From Octopus bimaculoides (taxonomy: Eukaryota): a stretch of DNA of 39,537 nt. Of this stretch, positions 34,588-39,537 are shown piece after piece (position 1 is the stretch's first letter; every line of letters starts with the position of its first letter). Position numbers and translations under genes: made by a program. Where the stretch lies: positions 181,030,282-181,069,818 of the forward strand of contig NC_068981.1 in NCBI RefSeq assembly GCF_001194135.2, in the 5' to 3' direction. Below the pieces are notes generated by a model, which had not been told where the DNA came from, did not search any database, and saw only the letters and a program-made list of their open reading frames with translations.

Positions 34588-34807
34588 CCCCTTAGCATTC
34601 ATATTACTCTGCCAAAAGTAATGCATATTTATTCACATCATTTTGAATTAATCATGCATTGTCTCATAGCTTTGAGATTTCAATGATATGAATGTTTATT
34701 TATAGAATAGTATTGGTATTGTAGAAGGTGTGAGAGGCCAGATTTGGTTTGAACATAAAACAGGTAGAACATTTAGGCTGGATATGGCCAGCTTGACTGC
34801 TAAAGAG
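34588..34807. mobile_element. piggyBac-like MITE with TTAA flanks on both sides
   Basis: TTAA(34584-87)-CCCCTTAGCATTC ... GACTGCTAAAGAG-TTAA(34808-11); interior homologous (inverted) to 20726-20938. Confidence 0.75.
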
Positions 34808-36111
34808 TTAATGAAATAAATACAACTTGGAATTAAAAACAAACAGTAGATATAGGAATATATGAATGTTTTAGCTACTCATTTCCCATTCTCTATAAAT
34901 AGGAGGCTACAAATCAAATGAGATAACAATATTAATTGCTTCACAAACTTTTAGCCTCAACTCATTTAACAGCAATTGTTTTCATGCTTGCTTCAATTTT
35001 AATGAGTATTCAAGGCCATTCTTGCATTTTTTTCTTTTCTCGCATCTACACCATCCATTTTCCGTAACAATGTTTACCAAATTACAAGCAAGTGAAGCTA
35101 AGCGACACACAACAATTTTATAGAAACATTTTATATCTACTTTTACATAATACTAAAGCACAGCAGGCCTCTACCATTTGTTGTTTCATTCTGCCAGCTT
35201 CATTTTCCTTAGTTCCATCAGTTCAGCCCCAACTATTTACCTTCAGAACTTCCTTTGGTCTATATTTGTTTTAATTATCTCCAGGTACATTTCTTCTAGT
35301 AGTAGATGTTTCTCATAATTTTGTAATAGATTTTCCTTTAGGAATTCCTTGCATGGACAGCCCTCACCACCACTTCCATCAAAAACAAAGCTGGCAGAAA
35401 CTTAGAGGAACATTAGCAGAAGCACCTAAATACTCTCACCTGAATTTCAATTCCAACCCAGGTTCCTATATAACAATAACCTATCTCCCATTACTTTGGG
35501 TTTTGTATACTTACAAGCTGCATGGCAACTTTACTAGTGCTGGTGGCATAAAAAAAAAAAGTTGTTTCTATAGCTGGATACCTTTCCTAAAAGCAACCAC
35601 TTTACTTGGATACTTTTTTCTGCCACTGGCACAAACCAGATCATCATGCAGTTTATAAGTCTACAAAACCCCAAAGGGCAACAACTTTATGCTGTGAGAT
35701 TAGGACTAGGGTATGACAAGTGGGTGTAGTAAAGCAGGCATATACCAACAACTAAGCTAATTTTAAAAAACAATAATGCCTTATATACACTATATACAAT
35801 GCATACTCACACATACAGCTTTATATCTGTTTTACAATTGAATGTGGAATAGATGATGCATAATCATCCTTCACTTATTCTTCTGTAAATTCAAAGTCCA
35901 GTCAATCAGATTTAGCCACTTCCATAGCAATCTTTGTTCCGTTTGCCATGGCTACTATCAGAATTCTTTTCAACAAGAGAAATCCTAATGATGAATGTTT
36001 CAATAAACACAAAGGGGAAATATCAACCAAACCAGAACATTCATATCCATCATATTCAAATTTTATCACATTTCTACCATTTGTGTTCAGTAATAATAGT
36101 GTTAATTTCCT

Positions 36112-36112
<1 letters not shown>

Positions 36113-36171
<59 letters not shown>

Positions 36172-36187
36172 AAGATAGACAGACAGA
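36113..36187. repeat. (GA)n microsatellite ~30 nt into the intron after exon 4 ((UC)n on the pre-mRNA)
   Basis: Direct inspection. Confidence 0.95.
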
Positions 36188-36217
36188 CAATAACTATATA
36201 CCCAAAATTTGATTTAC

Positions 36218-36321
36218 CTTTTCTCTGCTTCTAATTTATCCATCCGTTTCCACAGCCTGTTCACAAGTGATTCTTGTTCCTGTTCAAGAGCATTTTCCAA
36301 TTCAACTTTTTCTCGGCGCAA
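36218..36321 (-). CDS. CCDC6: CCDC6 orthologue, internal exon (equivalent to vertebrate exon 4): [34 protein letters not shown](R)
   Basis: Minus-strand translation closely matches recalled human CCDC6 [35 protein letters not shown]. Acceptor ttttag at 36322-36327, donor GTAAAT from 36217; 104 bp, phase 0 to 2. Too short for the ORF track. Confidence 0.95.
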
Positions 36322-37584
36322 CTAAAAGAATAAAAAATTAAAAGAGTTGATCAGCGAGCATCTTGTAGGGGGTGGGGATTATGTTTAGAAATGGCTGAGA
36401 GGTAAAAGAGCTATACCGCTGACCACATGATCACAGATTAATATTTTATTGCATTAAGATGTTAATCTGTTAACTAGGCACATAACACTGAAAGCTCCAG
36501 TTTACCAACAGTAAAGAGGGACGTCCCATTATTAAAACAAAAGACACTCCCTCACTTCTGCTACACAATATTTTCACTTTTTTTTTTTATTTTGACATGT
36601 TAAGAAGGAAAAAATGTTAGGCATATTTCAATGTTATTCTGACTTCATTGGTGACACATAGTTGTCACTATTTACTGAAGAAGTGATGAAAAACATCTCC
36701 AAATTATCTACAAGGTTGTACACTGTTGTTATTTAATACTAGGTCATCAGTCCTAGTACTGGTGTAGCAGACGTACGATTGAAGCCCTTCCAACCATGAT
36801 GATCTAACCATTTGGTATATGAGGACTACCATGTCTTATGTATCCTTTTATTAACACTGGGTAATACTTTGAAGAAAATTCAGCTGTTATTTCTAGCTAA
36901 TCATGCAACCATGTAGTGACTCCCTTGTTGGCATAGAAAACAGATGATAAATAGCTAAGTTGTTGTTAGCATATTTATTTTGACAACATGATGAAGATTG
37001 GCCAAAATATGGAAATAATATCAGATATTGACTAATATGACTGTGTTTCCCCACTTCCCTCTCACCCCATAATTATTTCCAGTTCACTTTTAATGCCTCT
37101 TCCTATATGTATCAACCTAACTTTACTGCTTTTCACGTAGATGGCATCTCTGAATTATTTATTCATTAAGTAGACTTGCATTTAATAGGGAGAAGAAAAC
37201 TGATGCTTAGACAGTCATTATATAACTTTTGAATTGAACAGCAGATTTTTCAGTCTCTCAACAAAAAATATATTATTCAAAGCTGACAGAGTATAAGTTA
37301 ACAGATAAGGAGCAGCTTAATGCATCACTTCCACAATAACCAACCACCATCCATCACAATATAATAAAAGTTTAATCTGTTGATGAGTTCAAACAGAGCA
37401 ACAAGTCAAATGATACTGGATAGAGGGTAAAACTAATGTATTCTTTATAAATTAAAGGAAACCAAAAATATGAATCAATTCTAAGTAGATAGATTTTATG
37501 GTATCTCTACATACTTTGGGCAAGCAATTCAAATCCGTTTTGGTGGTGAATTGGGTATACGAAACCAAGGAACAGTCAGATGAA

Positions 37585-37790
37585 ATATTTATTTCTTTAT
37601 TGCCCACAAGGGCAAACAAGGACAGATAAAGGGATTAAGTCGATTACATTGACCCCCCCAGTGCATAATTGATACTTATTTAATCAATCCTGAAAGGATG
37701 AAAGGCAAAGTTGACCTCAGTGGAATTTGAACTCAGAACAGGCGAAATACCGTTCAGCATTTCGCCTGGCATACTAATGATTCAGCCTAA
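37585..37790 (-). mobile_element. Family C SINE
   Basis: gaaaggatgaaaggcaaagttgacctcagtggaatttgaactcagaac on plus is the family body and B-box in reverse. Confidence 0.7.
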
Positions 37791-37928
37791 AAGCGTTTAA
37801 TAACACATCTACATTCAGTATTGTGACATTGATAAGATATACATTATAGCTTCTCAAGGTAGTGCCTCAGCATGGCCAGAGTCTAATAACTGAAACAAGG
37901 AAAGGAAGAGGTAAAAGGTAAAGATACA

Positions 37929-38476
37929 TAGATGTGGGGGATGAGTGAGGGGTTAAGAAGTTTGCTTCTTAACTTGTGGTTTCGGGTACAGTCCAATTGT
38001 GTGGCACCTTATGCAAGTGTCTTCTACTACAGACCTGAGTCAACCAATGCCTTGTTAGCAAATTTGCTAAGCAGAAACTGTGTAGAATTTTTTCTTTTAT
38101 CATTTACATGTATCAATTACTAGATTGTGGCCATGCTGGGGCACCACCTTCAAGATATTTTAGCTGAATGAATTGACCCCAGTACTTTTTTTTTTAAAGT
38201 CTGGTACTTATTCTATCAGTCTCTTCTGCCAAACTGATAAGTTACAGTGATTAAACATACCAACACTAGCTGTCGAGTGGTGGTGGGGAACAAACACAGT
38301 CACACACACACACACGGGTTTCTTTCAGTTTCCATTTCCAAATCCACTAACAAGGCTTTGGTCAGCCTGAGGCTATAGTAGAAGGTACTTGCCCAAGGTG
38401 CCACACAATGGGAGTGAACTCAAAAACTACGTATTTGGGAAGCAAGCTTCTTATTTTACAGCCACACCTGCACCTA
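37929..38476. mobile_element. Two family B SINEs in inverted orientation: plus head at 37929-38080, minus copy at 38121-38476
   Basis: ggttaagaagtttgctt..ggtttcgggtacagtcc..caagtgtcttctacta on plus; gccacacctgcacctat...gaccccagtac...gtggccatgctgggg on minus. Confidence 0.7.
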
Positions 38477-39234
38477 TATATGTTATCATTTAACAACCAC
38501 TTTTCCATACTTCCACAGCTTAGTCAGAATTTGTTGTGGTATGTTTTCTATGGCCAGATGCTCTGTCTGCAGTCAGCCCTCCTCTGTTTATATTTCCAAG
38601 TGATATTCCAGAGGTTTATATTTCCAGGAAATATTTCAAAGGTAATATTTCCAAACATCTTTTTCAAAGAAGACTGGAAACAAACATCACTCGCATGACA
38701 GTGATGCACATTTACAACCAACACGATATCAAGACAAGGGAATTCACAAACATACACACACACATATACACACAGAAGACTGTACCTAGCTCAATTGTTT
38801 TGTTTTGGTATTGTGTTCATGGATGGCTACCCTTCCAATTGCCAACCACTTTACAGAGTGGACTGGATATTTTTTTCTTGTGGCACCAACACATGCAACG
38901 TTTTATACACACACATAATTGGATATATATATATATATATTTCAATACGGAGCAAATAATTCAAGAGAAAATATTTGCTAAGATATTATTGACTTTATTA
39001 TTATCTAGTGTAACAATTAAAAATAATAACAGAATCAATAATATAGGTGATTGCAGGCCCAAAAAGCATTAAATAGCCGAAGAATTAAAATTAATCAAAG
39101 GACATAGTAAGTATGTCTACCTGCTGGAAATAACAGTCAAAACTCTTTCGTAATTTAAATAAGAGTTTTGACTTATTTCCAGCAGACTATATACTTAGTA
39201 TGTCCTTTGATTAATTTTATATATATATATATAT

Positions 39235-39537
39235 GGGAGAATATACAAAAAATAACAACAGACGAGGACAGGTGGTGTAAATAACAAAAGTATATATTAG
39301 TATGACACTCGGGAATACGGAGAGTCTTTGACGTTTCGAGCTACGCTCTTCAACAGAAAGAATACGGAGACAAGGAGAAAAACACGGAGAAAAAAAATTG
39401 AATAGTGTTCAGTCAACGGTCAATCATAATAATGGCCGATCATAACAATGGCTGACCGGAAGTTAGAAATTCTTATTTCAGGAGAGCTAAGAAAGGGGGA
39501 GATAACAAACGGTGATCGGGAACGAGGGGCTGTGTGT
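39235..39537 (-). mobile_element. Probable Penelope-like element 3' end, running off the window
   Basis: CpG-rich relative to flanks (suggesting a young copy), abuts a (TA)n tract, and contains a hammerhead-like motif. Confidence 0.5.
39325..39361 (-). ncRNA. Minimal hammerhead-like motif with variant core (CUGUUGA)
   Basis: tcttt CTGTTGA A GAGC-gta-GCTC GAAAC GTC aaaga. Perfect 5-bp stem I and 4-bp stem II, ACGT palindrome, GUC triplet; A6 replaced by U. Confidence 0.55.

Noticed and set aside
31330-39072. Longer ORFs 31330-31878 (182 aa), 30114-30437 and 38536-39072 (178 aa)
   Set aside because: They run through SINE, HINE and microsatellite sequence, with no splice context or recognisable domain.
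28917-39361. Idea that sense-strand hammerheads of different families could heterodimerise within the CCDC6 pre-mRNA
   Set aside because: Double-hammerhead formation needs cross-pairing of stems I and III. The stem I sequences (gacat/gtgtt, gtct/agac, tcttt/aaaga) are incompatible, and the only same-family sense partner (~26680-26720) has a mutated core.
36322-39537. Search for CCDC6 exons 1-3
   Set aside because: No peptide resembling [27 protein letters not shown] or earlier exons was found; they probably lie beyond the right edge.

Overview
AT-rich, microsatellite- and SINE-laden animal genomic DNA with six assembly gaps. The repeat content and (AT)n-flanked gaps suggest a cephalopod, probably Octopus; this is inference, not a database result. 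The window holds the 3' part of a minus-strand CCDC6 orthologue. Six coding exons join in frame with GT-AG boundaries: 36218-36321, 32231-32388, 28070-28226, 26293-26417, 20328/20238-20446 and 8055-8117. A candidate ~3.7 kb 3'UTR follows, and the first exons lie beyond the right edge. The introns carry tRNA-derived SINEs, RTE-type remnants, piggyBac-like, mariner and Helentron-type non-autonomous elements, and Penelope-like 3' ends. Most notable: (1) a ~525-bp fold-back element, present twice, in which each arm is an outward-facing tRNA-like Pol III head followed by a minimal type I hammerhead-ribozyme motif; (2) two further hammerhead motifs from other families, on the CCDC6 sense strand; (3) a CCDC6 exon with an internal 30-codon duplication, each copy ending in its own in-frame GTAAGT donor, with mostly synonymous divergence. 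All folds and alignments were done by eye, and repeat boundaries are approximate.
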